Of a DNA stretch of 64,000 nucleotides, positions 23,357 through 34,222 are shown in pieces; positions within the stretch are counted from its first letter, which is position 1; each line of letters opens with the position of its first letter. Source of the DNA: TPA_inf: Saccharomyces (Eukaryota); contig BK006937.2 of the NCBI GenBank assembly GCA_000146045.2, positions 128,001 to 192,000 on the forward strand. Direction: 5' to 3'. The translations under genes were made by a program, and so were the position numbers. Below the pieces are notes generated by a model. That model was not told the origin of the DNA and made no database searches. It saw only the letters and a program-made list of their open reading frames with translations.

Positions 23357-23460
23357 TCTTTAATTATGAAAAATTACGTTTAATAAGTGACTTAAAAATA
23401 TAAATACTGTTACTAAAATGTGAACTAAAACCTCAATATTATTTTCTGATCACTTGATGA

Positions 23461-23851
23461 ATAGCTGGTAATTGTTGGATTCCATTGTTGGTAAAGGCTA
23501 TAATTTTACGTATATAGAATTGTTGGAATAAAAATCCACTATCGTCTATCAACTATAGTTATATTATCAATATATTATCATATACGGTGTTAAGATGATG
23601 ACATAAGTTATGAGAAGCTGTCATCGAAGTTAGAGGAAGCTGAAGTGCAAGGATTGATAATGTAATAGGATAATGAAACATATAAAACGGAATGAGGAAT
23701 AATCGTAATATTAGTATGTAGAAATATAGATTCCATTTTGAGGATTCCTATATCCTCGAGGAGAACTTCTAGTATATTCTGTATACATAATATTACTGCC
23801 TTTATCAATAATGGAATCCCAACAACTATCTGAAAATTCACGTGATTCTCA
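23461..23851 (+). mobile_element. short inverted delta end-fragment (23461-23521) abutting a complete solo Ty1/Ty2-type delta LTR (23522-23851)
   Basis: The full LTR runs TGTTGGAATAAAAATCCACTATCG ... GTGATTCTCA, about 330 bp with TG...CA termini. The 60-bp fragment aattgttggattccattgttggtaaaggctataat matches the opposite delta terminus in inverted orientation. The array lies 105-170 bp upstream of tK(CUU)C. Confidence 0.88.
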
Positions 23852-24836
23852 TGTGAGTACATCAGAAAACAACCACCTAACAACCGTGTTTGAATGTTGA
23901 TCTGAAAACAAAAATTAATCTCTCGTACTTATTATGGATATTGTATTTTCTCAAAATTCCAAATGATTTTCTTGTTAGATGGTATTCACGGTCATCGGAA
24001 TCTCAGTTCAATATCACCAATTTGCTTATAAGGTTTATGCAAGATAACATGTTTGGTCTTGTTCCCAAGTATAACTTAAGAAAAAAAAATTACAATCCAA
24101 GAAAGGTAATACAGAATTCATAGCAATAATGGGGTCCATTTTCAATAGATAATGTACCTGGAAGAAAAGGGCTGACTAGGAAACAAAAAGAAAAACAAAA
24201 CTATGATACTCCATCAAACATAGGGAAATTTACTCGAATATGAAAAGTACAAATCTGTCAAAAGCACATCGTATATTGTCTTGGTTCCGCTTTTATTCAG
24301 AAGAATTACTGAAATGAAGAGGAATGACGTAATAAACAAACAACGATTCTGATATCAGAAAGACATCTTGAATATTCCTATGTAGTAATTAACTATCCCA
24401 GTACTTACAAACATAACTTGACGATGCACGCTACGATTTTTGTGTGTTTAAACTTTTGTTGGTTGGGACTCAAGAAGATCTTCTCTGAGATAATTGTAAT
24501 TAAATGTACTTTAGGAGTGTTCATGTATAATTTGCCTCTGCAAAAACTTAATAATGTATTTTAAAACTTGCATGTTGCTCTGTGAATCTGAATGTATGAT
24601 AATGCTACGATTACTCTAGGGAACTTCCTTTTTACATTTAAAATTTCCGAGATCCTCAGCTGACAAATAAATGTCATATCAAGACAATAAACGGTAGTGC
24701 TAAAGTAATTGCATATTAAACAGGCGCGACTAAAGCTTTCATCCCTTCTATTATTGCATAACCTGGCTATACATGAAAACACTTCTCACATTTGATTTAA
24801 GAAGTTTACTGTTCTAAGAAAATAAAGAACGTGATA

Positions 24837-25928
24837 ATGATGAATGAAGAGGATTCTACAGAAACGAAAAGCCTAGTCATAACTAATGGCATGTTTATCA
24901 TAGACGACATCGAGCGTAGTAAATATAATATTCACTATAAGAATGTCCCAGGAGGCGGAGGGACTTTTGCCATTTTGGGTGCATGCATAATATCTTCCGG
25001 CAATGTCACATCCAAAGGTTTGAAGTGGATAGTGGACAGAGGCTCTGACTTTCCAAAGGAAGTTATAAGGGAAATAGACTCATGGGGTACTGATGTGAGG
25101 TTTCGAGATGACTTTAGCAGATTAACTACCAAAGGGTTGAATTATTACGAGGGAAGTGATGATTTGAGAAAGTTCAAGTTTTTGACGCCGAAGAAGCAGA
25201 TTAACGTCGATGACTGGATTTCCACATTTGGGCAGAAGATAATTGATGAAATGCATGCGTTTCATTTGCTATGTTCTGGGTCTAGATGCTTAGACATAAT
25301 AAACGATCTGCTACGGGTGAAAAGTTCAAAGGGCACAAAACCAATCGTGATTTGGGAGCCATTCCCAGATCTTTGCGACTTTGATCATCAAAATGACATT
25401 AAAAGTGTAATGCAGAGGAACGATGTTACGGTAATATTATCTCCAAATGCCGAAGAATCAAGTCGCTTATTTGGTTTAAGTAGCAAGGAACCGACTAGTT
25501 TGGAAGAATGTCTAGCATTAGCGCATCGTTTCGATGATTTCATGGATGAAAACAATATGTGTATTCTACGATGCGGTGCCCTCGGAAGCATATCGGTAAG
25601 TGAGAAGTTTAAGAACGGACGAACCTATGACCATTTCCCCGCCTACCATTTCAAAACTCAGTCTAAAGTACTAGATCCTACTGGCGGGGGAAACTCGTTC
25701 CTTGGCGGCTTTGCAGTTTCTTATGCCCTAACGAAAAGCTTAGATATTGCTAGTATATGTGGGAACATCGCTGCAGGCGCAATAATTGAACAATTCGGAA
25801 TACCGAGGTACGATCCAATTGCTAAAACCTGGAACGGAATCACATTCTTGGATAGACTGAAATTTTACCTTTCACAGTCCGGTCTTCAATATAATATAAA
25901 CGATCTTTACAAAAGTCTAACACGATGA
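24837..25928 (+). CDS. MAK32: PfkB/ribokinase-family carbohydrate kinase-like protein, about 363 aa
   Basis: ORF track 365 aa from 24831. It carries the PfkB C-terminal motif DPTGGGNSFLGGF. I placed the start at the third codon (MMNEED), giving 363 aa. The choice among ATGs at 24831, 24837 and 24840 is uncertain. Confidence 0.85.
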   Translation: MMNEEDSTETKSLVITNGMFIIDDIERSKYNIHYKNVPGGGGTFAILGACIISSGNVTSKGLKWIVDRGSDFPKEVIREIDSWGTDVRFRDDFSRLTTKGLNYYEGSDDLRKFKFLTPKKQINVDDWISTFGQKIIDEMHAFHLLCSGSRCLDIINDLLRVKSSKGTKPIVIWEPFPDLCDFDHQNDIKSVMQRNDVTVILSPNAEESSRLFGLSSKEPTSLEECLALAHRFDDFMDENNMCILRCGALGSISVSEKFKNGRTYDHFPAYHFKTQSKVLDPTGGGNSFLGGFAVSYALTKSLDIASICGNIAAGAIIEQFGIPRYDPIAKTWNGITFLDRLKFYLSQSGLQYNINDLYKSLTR

Positions 25929-26011
25929 TCATATCAGCTTGTTCATTGCTCTTATTTTTCTGCAAAAATATACATATATATATATAAGTAAGTGTTATAT
26001 ACTACTTGAGA

Positions 26012-26659
26012 TTAGGCGTTGTAACAAGATTCAAAAAATTCGAACTCGAACTGTGAAACCTTCACAAATATGCTTTCCACTTCTTCGACGGGAAACTTGT
26101 CAACTTCAGCCTTTAGAAATTCACACCAAGTTTGAAAATGCTCACCATCATGTAAATCAATCCATTTTTGATATTTCCAATGCAACCCTGGGGCTCTAGG
26201 AGTATCACGAGCCCATCTCCAATAGAGTTCCTCAGCAACCCATAAGCTGGTTACTAAGGATGGCCATGTAATTGAGGCGTCCTTTCTCAGCTCATCTAAG
26301 AAATTAATATACGCATCAACGCCGGGGATCGCTTTATTGTCAAAATTATCTCTTTCTTCCTTGGTGAGGGATGGTGCCAATAATTCTAAGCAGTCATGAA
26401 AGTATGAGTTTTCATCATTAGAAAAAAATCCAATCTTTTTGGCTAAGGTTATTAAAGCGTGAGTAGTTGGTGCTAAAGAAGTCGTCTTACATATCAACCT
26501 TAAGCTAGTTTCAAAAAATTGCAGATCTTGTGATAAATAGATGTACAAACTACGGTCCTTCAATGTTCCGGCACATAGTTCCTTAGCGAATTTATGTTCT
26601 GTGGTTTTCCTAACAAGGGCGTCGTACTTTTGTATTAACTTATCAGTGGTACAGCTCAT
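26012..26659 (-). CDS. PET18: TenA/THI-4 (thiaminase II)-family protein, 215 aa
   Basis: ORF track 215 aa. Length and position between MAK32 and MAK31 match PET18. Confidence 0.88.
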
Positions 26660-26829
26660 TGTTCTTCCTTGCAGATATTGTTGATATTGTTATTATTTGC
26701 GCTAAATTTTAGTTAATACAGAAAAAAATATCTAAGTTCAGTCCAGTTCATATTCGTTTATATATCTTTCGAAGCCAGACCTTTTTTGCCAAGCAATTGT
26801 TACTATGGAAACTATTAGAACCATATGCG

Positions 26830-27096
26830 CTAAACAATATTAGCCATCAATTCAACTTTATTCGCAGTAAGCTCCTGCAGAACAGGCTTATCAATCATTA
26901 TGGTCTTAACGGAACGCCTAGGGACGCTGACTAGGCCCATCATTCTACTACTGGAGCCCATACGTTCCTCAACATGATCTAATAGCAAATTCATTTGGGC
27001 ATCTACAGCAACCAAGCTTCCAACTAAAATACGATCTTCTGTAAGGGAAACTATTAAAGTATTTCCAATAAAATCTGACAGTTTCAAGATGTCCAT
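26830..27096 (-). CDS. MAK31: Sm-like protein, NatC N-acetyltransferase subunit, 88 aa
   Basis: The longest ORF is 103 aa (26830..27141). The Sm fold begins at the internal Met (MDILKLSDFIGNTLIVSLTEDRILVGSL...), giving 88 aa, the known Mak31 length. Start choice is an inference. Confidence 0.8.
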   Translation of the reverse strand: MDILKLSDFIGNTLIVSLTEDRILVGSLVAVDAQMNLLLDHVEERMGSSSRMMGLVSVPRRSVKTIMIDKPVLQELTANKVELMANIV

Positions 27097-27319
27097 GACG
27101 CTTTGGTGCCCCTTACTAAGTTTGTTGAAGACTATCTTCACCCTATCAATGATATCATCGCATTTAAAAAATAGTCAGAACTCATGCACTTCGCGAGATA
27201 TTTTTTGAAAAAAAAAAAATTAATCCGCCACATAAGATGCACAAAATGAGCCTATAACATTGAATTTTATGATAGAACGAAAGGATTGTGTTATTTAGAA
27301 CAGAGTATCAGTATATCGT

Positions 27320-27556
27320 ATGTCACAGAACAACACAATCAGCTCAATGAATCCTGAAAGAGCTTACAACAATGTAACGCTGAAAAATTTAACAGCATTT
27401 CAGTTATTATCTCAAAGAGAAAACATATGCGAGTTATTGAACTTGGTAGAAAGTACGGAAAGACACAATAGTATTATCAATCCTGAAAGGCAAAGGATGA
27501 GTTTGGAAGAAATGAAAAAAATGCTCGATGCTTTGAAAAATGAAAGGAAAAAGTAG
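27320..27556 (+). CDS. HTL1: small RSC chromatin-remodeller component, 78 aa
   Basis: ORF track 78 aa, MSQNNTISSMNPERAYNNVTLKN.... Length and position match HTL1. Confidence 0.85.
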   Translation: MSQNNTISSMNPERAYNNVTLKNLTAFQLLSQRENICELLNLVESTERHNSIINPERQRMSLEEMKKMLDALKNERKK

Positions 27557-28108
27557 GAAAACGCAACATTCACAATTGTAAGCTACAAAATATTGAATGT
27601 GAATCCTGCTTCATTACAAATGAAGAATTTCAAAGCGTATCTAGTTCACCAAAAGTCACAATATCTTATTATTATTTGGAAGCTTTTATATGCATCTAAT
27701 GGTCATAAATCCCATCTCACTTTATAAAACAAGTTACCGCGAATGTATCCAGTGATACAGAATAGAGTGTAACAAATGAGAATAAAAATACCATATTATC
27801 GTTTAATTTTGGTAGGGTACGCTAAAATAAAGTGGTGTTTGCGTCTCCATATAACTAAAAAGAATTGAAATGGCCTACTATCGATTAGACTATTCAGGCA
27901 TGGAAGCAGTAAGAACATTTCTTGATTTTGGAAAAATGAGATTAGATTATTAATTATTGTGTTTGTGTATATAATTTATTTTGCATATTTCATAAAGAAA
28001 TTAAAATTAGATTATTAAATATTAAGTTTCATTAGTGACATTAAAAGAAGAAAACTGATGTTTTGAAATGTGTTAAGCAAAGAATGATTAAGACAATCTC
28101 AAGCTGCT

Positions 28109-29107
28109 CTAAGCAGTATCTTCGACAGCTTGCTCTGCTTCAGGTTCGGGTTCGTGGATTGCAGTCTCTCCAGATGCTCTTGGGCTCTCTGGAACAGCTT
28201 CTTTTGTTTCAGGAGCCGCATCTTCCACATCGTCCGTAGCATGGTGATGAGAGAATCCTCCTGTCAAAGATAGCCTTGGCAATTTGCCATCACGGCTGAC
28301 TGCAATTAGCAAGTAACATGGATAAATGGCAAATACACATAAATCCAAAACACCATAAAAGATAGCCTCACCGTCTGGTTGAATACGGTTACCACCATCA
28401 CTTAGACCCCAACAGATAAAGTACAACCAAACGATTACCATGCAGGTACACAGCATAAGTGCATTGAACCCTCTAGTTTTCAAATTGAAGAATTGACGTT
28501 GGCATATCACACCTTGGGTAACCAACATAGCGACAGCACCAATGGTGTAATAACCCCACTTGTAGGTGGACTTGATCAATGAACCAACTAATAGCGAAAC
28601 AACCCAGAATAAGGTACCCACGATTTGAATTAACAGCGAATGTACCATATCCAAGGCGGAAATGTCGTCATTCTCACCAGTAGTACTAGCGGCTAACTCG
28701 ATTAAAAATAAAAGGCATGGCCAGGACAAGAACCAGGCAATATATTTCGAGTAAAAGATTTGTCTAATACCGGGAACTTCACCTGTGATAGACTTGCTAA
28801 CCTTGACGTGGTTAAATTCAGCTTGAACACCAGTCCAACCTAAATCAGAAGCATAAGTGAAGAAAGCAAAAAATTCAAAGAAAGTGATCAAAAATGCAGG
28901 AGCTAAGGCATATCTAGTCAATCTGGAGCCCTTGTTCTCCGCAATGAAGAACATCACAACATAGCATAGCAATATAAAGCCAAAGACTGCAAACACTGCC
29001 CATAACCAATCCGAACCTCTCTTGGTAATGTGCATATCCAGGCCATGTGGTGGATTAAGCCCTAAAGCCTCGTTACGATTTAAAAAGCTTGATAGCGTAT
29101 CGTTCAT
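28109..29107 (-). CDS. HSP30: plasma-membrane 7-TM heat-shock protein (Yro2/Mrh1/HSP30 family), 332 aa
   Basis: The longest ORF is 341 aa (to 29134). HSP30 is 332 aa starting MNDTLSSFLNRNEALGLNPPHG, which is the second in-frame ATG. There are seven hydrophobic helices and an acidic C-terminal tail. Confidence 0.88.
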   Translation of the reverse strand: MNDTLSSFLNRNEALGLNPPHGLDMHITKRGSDWLWAVFAVFGFILLCYVVMFFIAENKGSRLTRYALAPAFLITFFEFFAFFTYASDLGWTGVQAEFNHVKVSKSITGEVPGIRQIFYSKYIAWFLSWPCLLFLIELAASTTGENDDISALDMVHSLLIQIVGTLFWVVSLLVGSLIKSTYKWGYYTIGAVAMLVTQGVICQRQFFNLKTRGFNALMLCTCMVIVWLYFICWGLSDGGNRIQPDGEAIFYGVLDLCVFAIYPCYLLIAVSRDGKLPRLSLTGGFSHHHATDDVEDAAPETKEAVPESPRASGETAIHEPEPEAEQAVEDTA

Positions 29108-30537
29108 TTGAAATTTGTTGTTTTTAGTAATCAAAAGATATTAAAGTCTCAAACTTGTTGTTTTGTTTTTGTAATTATAAATAATAATAATTGAGTTAAT
29201 ATTTGTTGTTGTGTTGTATTGCAGAATGTAAAAACAAGAAACAAGATTAGAAAGTGAATAGGTGTTACGCTAAATAATTGAAGACTCTCACAGACTTATA
29301 TATGATTTTTTTAGTGTGATACAACTTGTAATGAGGTAAGGGATTGATATTATACTTTCTAACTGATGATGAATATGAAAACTTTGGCCAATTAGGGAGA
29401 GGAAAGTTTTCGATGAGATGCTAGAAAAAAACTTGTCCTTGCCATAGCAGAAAGGGATGATGAAATAACGAAGATGAGCTAATTTGGTATTCGAATAAAC
29501 ATGCAGGATGTGGCGGAAGGGATCGGAATAAGAGTCGGGATCGGGATCGGGATATGGCTTTGCTTACTTTAGCCATACCAAATATTCTTACAAAGCACGC
29601 TTTCGATGCGTTTTTGCCTTCTGAGAGAATCCTCCTACGGCTCGACCCTTGAAAAATTCTAGAGGATCTGGAAAATGGCCAACAAAATCGCGCAGGGAGA
29701 CGCAAGGAAAGTAAGTCAGATGGATCCGACTGTATGTAACAAGGGTTGCTGCAGCGGTTTTCCATCCCTTTCGGCACCCTGCACAAGTAGTTATTCTTAC
29801 TTATGCAAAACGGATATGAGCTACATAGCGTTCATTTTTTAGGTTTTCAGAAGCTATTACAACGCAGTAAAAAGGATACACAACTTTCTTACGGGGAAGA
29901 AGAATACGGCTCAATGCACCCACTTCAACCCCCGGTATCACGCGGCACTAAAGTTGTTTGATTGTAATAGTAATACTGCTGTTGAGGTTTTCTTCTTCAG
30001 GGCTGCTCACAACGTGATATATTTGAATTGACAGGACGTATTCAGCGCAGTTGAGGAAAATTAACATATGACATGCGCAGGAAATAAGTGCTCAAGTTTT
30101 CTACTTTTGAAGAAAGGACTTTGGTTTACTTGCCTACTATCTCCATGTCAAGTACTCGGTTGTATGATGTTAAGGAGCGCAGGGAACACTAATCGATAAA
30201 AAACCCTTATTGGCTATTACTAAATGTAACGGCCGTGCTCTAGTGAAATTTGTATAGAAAAATGGGTTCTCTCGCTCAAAATGGGCGCCATTACTTGTCT
30301 GGTCAAATTGAGTTCCTGGATATAATTACATAAACGGATTGAAATTTACATAAGGAGTATAATAATTCCGGAAACTATCTTGAGTGCAATGCCATCACGC
30401 GGCCATGCCTTGACATAACATGCTCTCATCAAAAAGGTGCAAATTTTCGCCAGTTATGGTTGATATCTAAAATCTACTGGAGTTCATTTTTTTTTTTATT
30501 AGATATCCTTTTTGCAAGCCTTCTGAAAAAAAATTTC

Positions 30538-32373
30538 TCATGTGGTACAGCGTTGGTTACTTAAGCTGCTTAAACTAGATCGATGAGCCATTCTTAAATC
30601 AGAAGACTGTGACTGCGAATTGTAGGCATCTTCACTACCCTGTCCATGAAGCTCATTTTCGTTATCATCAATTGGTGCTATCTTATAACTTTGATAAAGA
30701 GCTACCATACAAAAAAGACTTAACGACCACCAACTGACCCAGGCGACGTCATTTTGCTGGGACCAAGACATAATATAGCCCCATACTAAGGGACCTATGA
30801 AACGAGCAGAGGCAGAAATACTAATGGTGGCGCCATTGATGACTGATCTACAACTCAAGGGACTCGAATTATGAATTAATAACATAATTTGTGGTGACGT
30901 TAAAGCGCCACAAAATGTTTTTATCCCTGTGATTATGTACAAGTAGACGACAGTATACCAGCTAGGAATCCGTTCATTCTGTAGAAAAACAACGTAAGGA
31001 ACCATAACGTACATAATAGGGTACAGCTTGACTAAAGTTCTGAAAATTGTTAAACAATCGAAATTTCGATCAACTATGGGAAAAATGAAAATAACCACAA
31101 AACAACCAAAGATACCTGTTGTCGACAAAAGAGTACCGGTTTGTTCTGGTTCATAACCTATACCGCCAGATATTTTCCACGGAAATTTTGAAGCCAGCTT
31201 CTTTGGATTTTCTGGATCTACGGCTAAATCATAAGCTAAAAAAACAGGCAAAAATTCGTTGTATACAATCAAATGTAAAGCCATAATAAAATTCACCGAT
31301 ATAGGGTAAAATACTTTTGTATGAAAAACGTGATGAAATATACTACTTTCTTTACAACCGTCTGGAGCTGTATCTATATTGGCATGCACAGCGTCTGTTG
31401 GTTCATGCAGAGAATATGTCCTAATCAGGCCTACAGACTGTCTTCTTGTTAAAATAGGATCAATCGATTGTATGCTTTCAGTATCATCGTCATTGGTAGT
31501 ATTCACTAGGGGACTATTTTCATCCTCTTCACTATCTTGTCCTCGAATGCTGTTCACATTCTCATTACGGTGGTGAATGTTTTCCGAATCATCCTGAATG
31601 CGCTTTTGCCAGGGTCTTCTTTTCGGCTGTATACCAAATATATTCTTCTTAATAAAATCACCGACCTCTAAACCGTAATCTCTTCTATCTTTAAAAGCAG
31701 GATGTGTTTCTTCCAAAAACAATGTTGCATTAGTTAAACCAAACATCAAAAACATGCACACTACCACGTTTGGCAAGGCGTACGGATATGACCTAATTAT
31801 TCTTTTTGCAAAATGTGGAAACCATAGTGGCACTTCATTCATTGTTCCATCTCTAAATACAAGAAACCCACCGATCATAGGCCCAACAACGGCACCAAAT
31901 TGAAATAATAAAGGCATAGTACTGAAAGCTAAAGCCTGATGTTTTCTTTCAGTTGCTATTTCACCAATAATGGTTCTAATAACGCCGACGTTACCATTTA
32001 GCAATCCCATTAAACTTCTTGCCACCAAAGCCTGATAGAAATTGCGTGAAAATCCCAGTATTAACAATGATACAGATGTTCCTATAAGCCCGCAAGTCAA
32101 TGTTATTTTTCTGCCATGCTTTTCAGAGAATCTACCCCAGTGGTACGCAGATATGACTTGGCATAACGCAAATGATGAAGATAAATAACCTGAATATTTG
32201 GACACTTGAGCATCATTGGGAGCAATATTAAAATCTCTAACCATGAAATAAACATAAGGAAATAGTGACGAAAACGCAATTGGTTCGCTGAACCTAACTA
32301 AGGACACAACAACAAGTTGGACCCAGGGGAAACCATCCATTTGTTCTTTGAAAGTAAGCTTTTGACGCGCCAT
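30538..32373 (-). CDS. YCR023C: major facilitator superfamily transporter, 611 aa
   Basis: ORF track 611 aa. There are 12 predicted TM segments with a long hydrophilic central loop. It has an MFS-like motif in the TM2-3 region. Confidence 0.85.
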   Translation of the reverse strand: MARQKLTFKEQMDGFPWVQLVVVSLVRFSEPIAFSSLFPYVYFMVRDFNIAPNDAQVSKYSGYLSSSFALCQVISAYHWGRFSEKHGRKITLTCGLIGTSVSLLILGFSRNFYQALVARSLMGLLNGNVGVIRTIIGEIATERKHQALAFSTMPLLFQFGAVVGPMIGGFLVFRDGTMNEVPLWFPHFAKRIIRSYPYALPNVVVCMFLMFGLTNATLFLEETHPAFKDRRDYGLEVGDFIKKNIFGIQPKRRPWQKRIQDDSENIHHRNENVNSIRGQDSEEDENSPLVNTTNDDDTESIQSIDPILTRRQSVGLIRTYSLHEPTDAVHANIDTAPDGCKESSIFHHVFHTKVFYPISVNFIMALHLIVYNEFLPVFLAYDLAVDPENPKKLASKFPWKISGGIGYEPEQTGTLLSTTGIFGCFVVIFIFPIVDRNFDCLTIFRTLVKLYPIMYVMVPYVVFLQNERIPSWYTVVYLYIITGIKTFCGALTSPQIMLLIHNSSPLSCRSVINGATISISASARFIGPLVWGYIMSWSQQNDVAWVSWWSLSLFCMVALYQSYKIAPIDDNENELHGQGSEDAYNSQSQSSDLRMAHRSSLSSLSNQRCTT

Positions 32374-32743
32374 ATCTTTTATATTCGTGTGTTCATATGC
32401 TTACCACTTCCTAGTTCCTTTGCTAGCATTCCTTTAGGTGATCTAAATTCAAGCTCTGTGGATAAGGACCATTATAGTATTTTTTACTAATGATAGATAC
32501 TTTTTGTTATATTTTGTTTTGGCATTTTCGTATCCGAGATTTCCAATGAGCGGAATGTGTCATTCTTTGTCAATTAACATAGGTCAGGCCGAATGCCAAA
32601 TGGAGTTTAGTACCTTCATATTGAAGAAAAATGCTACATTATTATATTTACAAGGATGGTCTTAAATAAAGCTTACTTTTAAGGGGGGAAGAATGGTGAA
32701 CAGTGAGTAAATACATAGAAGGAGATAAGAAACAAATGGAATA

Positions 32744-34222
32744 TCAAAAATCGATGGATTCTGCAGATGTTCTATAAAAGGGTATGGCATCCTTTATATT
32801 ATGGTTGCCATATAAGTATGAGATAAATCTCTCAAACCCTAGACCAAAGCCTCCGTGTGGTGCACTTCCTTCTTTTCTCAGAGAAACATACCAGTCCAAT
32901 TCTCCAGATCTATTCATCCCGCGTGCTTTCATTTCTCTACATAACTTGTCATAGTCATCTTCCCTTAAACTCCCACCAATTATTTCACCCATTCCAGGAA
33001 CCAGTAGATCAAAGCATCCAACAGTATCGTCAGGAGTGGAATTTTGTTTCATGTAGAATGGTTTACAAAGACGTGGATAGTCGGTAACGAAAACTGGGGA
33101 CTTAAAATACTCTCCGGCTAAAAATTTTTCATGTTCAGTTTGCAAAGGCTGTCCCCATTTAGGTTCATACTTAAAGTGTGAAACTTCATTGTGGCGTTTC
33201 TTGAGAATTTCTATTGCATTGGTATACGTTATATTGTGCCATTTTTCATTTATTAAATCTTCCCATCGTGTTTTAATTTGTTGTGTCTCTTGATTTATTG
33301 ATAGCTCTGACGATGCATTATTTTCTTGTGAAGAGATAAATTGCTTCGGCAAGAGTTCTTGTTGGTTATCTATACAAGCTTTAATTATGTGTTTTATTGT
33401 AGTCTCAACAAACGATGTTAGCTCGTTGACGCTATTAACAAAGCACATTTCCACTTCAAGCATCCAAAACTCCGAAAGGTGTCTTGGAGTATCACTCTTT
33501 TCGGCTCTAAAGCAAGGAGATAACGTCCAACACCTTGACAGTGATAACGCTAAAATTTCCAAGTGCAATTGAGTGGACACAGTCAAATAAGTCGGCTTCC
33601 CAAAGTACGAGGATGCAGTTGGCGACGTATTGGTGGAGACTTGAAACAACTCGCCGGCACCTTCACAATCGTTTGAAGTTAATATTGGTGGTGAAACTTT
33701 GGTGAAGTGGTTTTTCTGGAAATATAGCATGAACTGGAATTCTACAAAGGATCTTAACCGTAAAATTGCACTTAAGTAAGCGGTTCTGTATTTTAGTGTA
33801 GGTAAGGACCTTAAATAACGTAAGGTTTGATATTTCTTTTGTAATGGATAGTTTTCTGAAACGGGACCCACAAGTTTAATTGACTTGACAGGATTTTTGA
33901 TTTGCAATTCAAAAGGTTGTTTTCTATTAGGGGTGCTTTGCCAGGTAGCATTAGATATAGATAAAGTTTGACCAGTTTTCAGAATTTTTAGGAACTGTAC
34001 TTCATCAGTATTTGTGAGTGGAATAACTATTCTTAATGGGTTCACAGAAGTCCCATCTTGTAAATCCAAAAACGCTATACGTTTTAATAGTCTTATGGAT
34101 TTGATCCATCCATTAATTGAAATGGGATCATGGCTAGTATGGTGTACCTGCTCGTACAATGATTTAACTGTTAGTGAAGAGTAAAATCTACCACCTTTAA
34201 GGAAGGTGAAAGCATGAAACAT
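32744..34222 (-). CDS. SLM5: mitochondrial asparaginyl-tRNA synthetase (class IIb), 492 aa
   Basis: ORF track 492 aa. Class II motif 3 GFGLGFERF is present, and an N-terminal OB-fold anticodon-binding region. Confidence 0.9.
   Translation of the reverse strand: MFHAFTFLKGGRFYSSLTVKSLYEQVHHTSHDPISINGWIKSIRLLKRIAFLDLQDGTSVNPLRIVIPLTNTDEVQFLKILKTGQTLSISNATWQSTPNRKQPFELQIKNPVKSIKLVGPVSENYPLQKKYQTLRYLRSLPTLKYRTAYLSAILRLRSFVEFQFMLYFQKNHFTKVSPPILTSNDCEGAGELFQVSTNTSPTASSYFGKPTYLTVSTQLHLEILALSLSRCWTLSPCFRAEKSDTPRHLSEFWMLEVEMCFVNSVNELTSFVETTIKHIIKACIDNQQELLPKQFISSQENNASSELSINQETQQIKTRWEDLINEKWHNITYTNAIEILKKRHNEVSHFKYEPKWGQPLQTEHEKFLAGEYFKSPVFVTDYPRLCKPFYMKQNSTPDDTVGCFDLLVPGMGEIIGGSLREDDYDKLCREMKARGMNRSGELDWYVSLRKEGSAPHGGFGLGFERFISYLYGNHNIKDAIPFYRTSAESIDF

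Noticed and set aside
21000-24200. Possible full-length Ty retrotransposon in the LTR-rich regions at 21-24 kb or 40-42 kb
   Set aside because: No gag or pol-sized ORF (TYA/TYB) lies between any LTR pair. The LTRs are solo copies or fragments.
26830-27141. 5'-extended versions of MAK31 (103 aa), HSP30 (341 aa), MAK32 (365 aa) and YCR015C (320 aa) from the longest-ORF rule
   Set aside because: The conserved domain (Sm fold, first TM region, HAD motif) begins at a downstream Met that reproduces the known protein lengths. The extensions are short and non-conserved in character. Coordinates at the upstream ATGs remain possible.
29421-29786. 121-aa ORF in the HSP30 upstream region, and a 136-aa ORF at 35446..35856
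   Set aside because: Low-complexity, Arg/Ser/Cys-rich, no domains, and they overlap repeat or promoter DNA. They look like dubious ORFs, so I do not call them genes.
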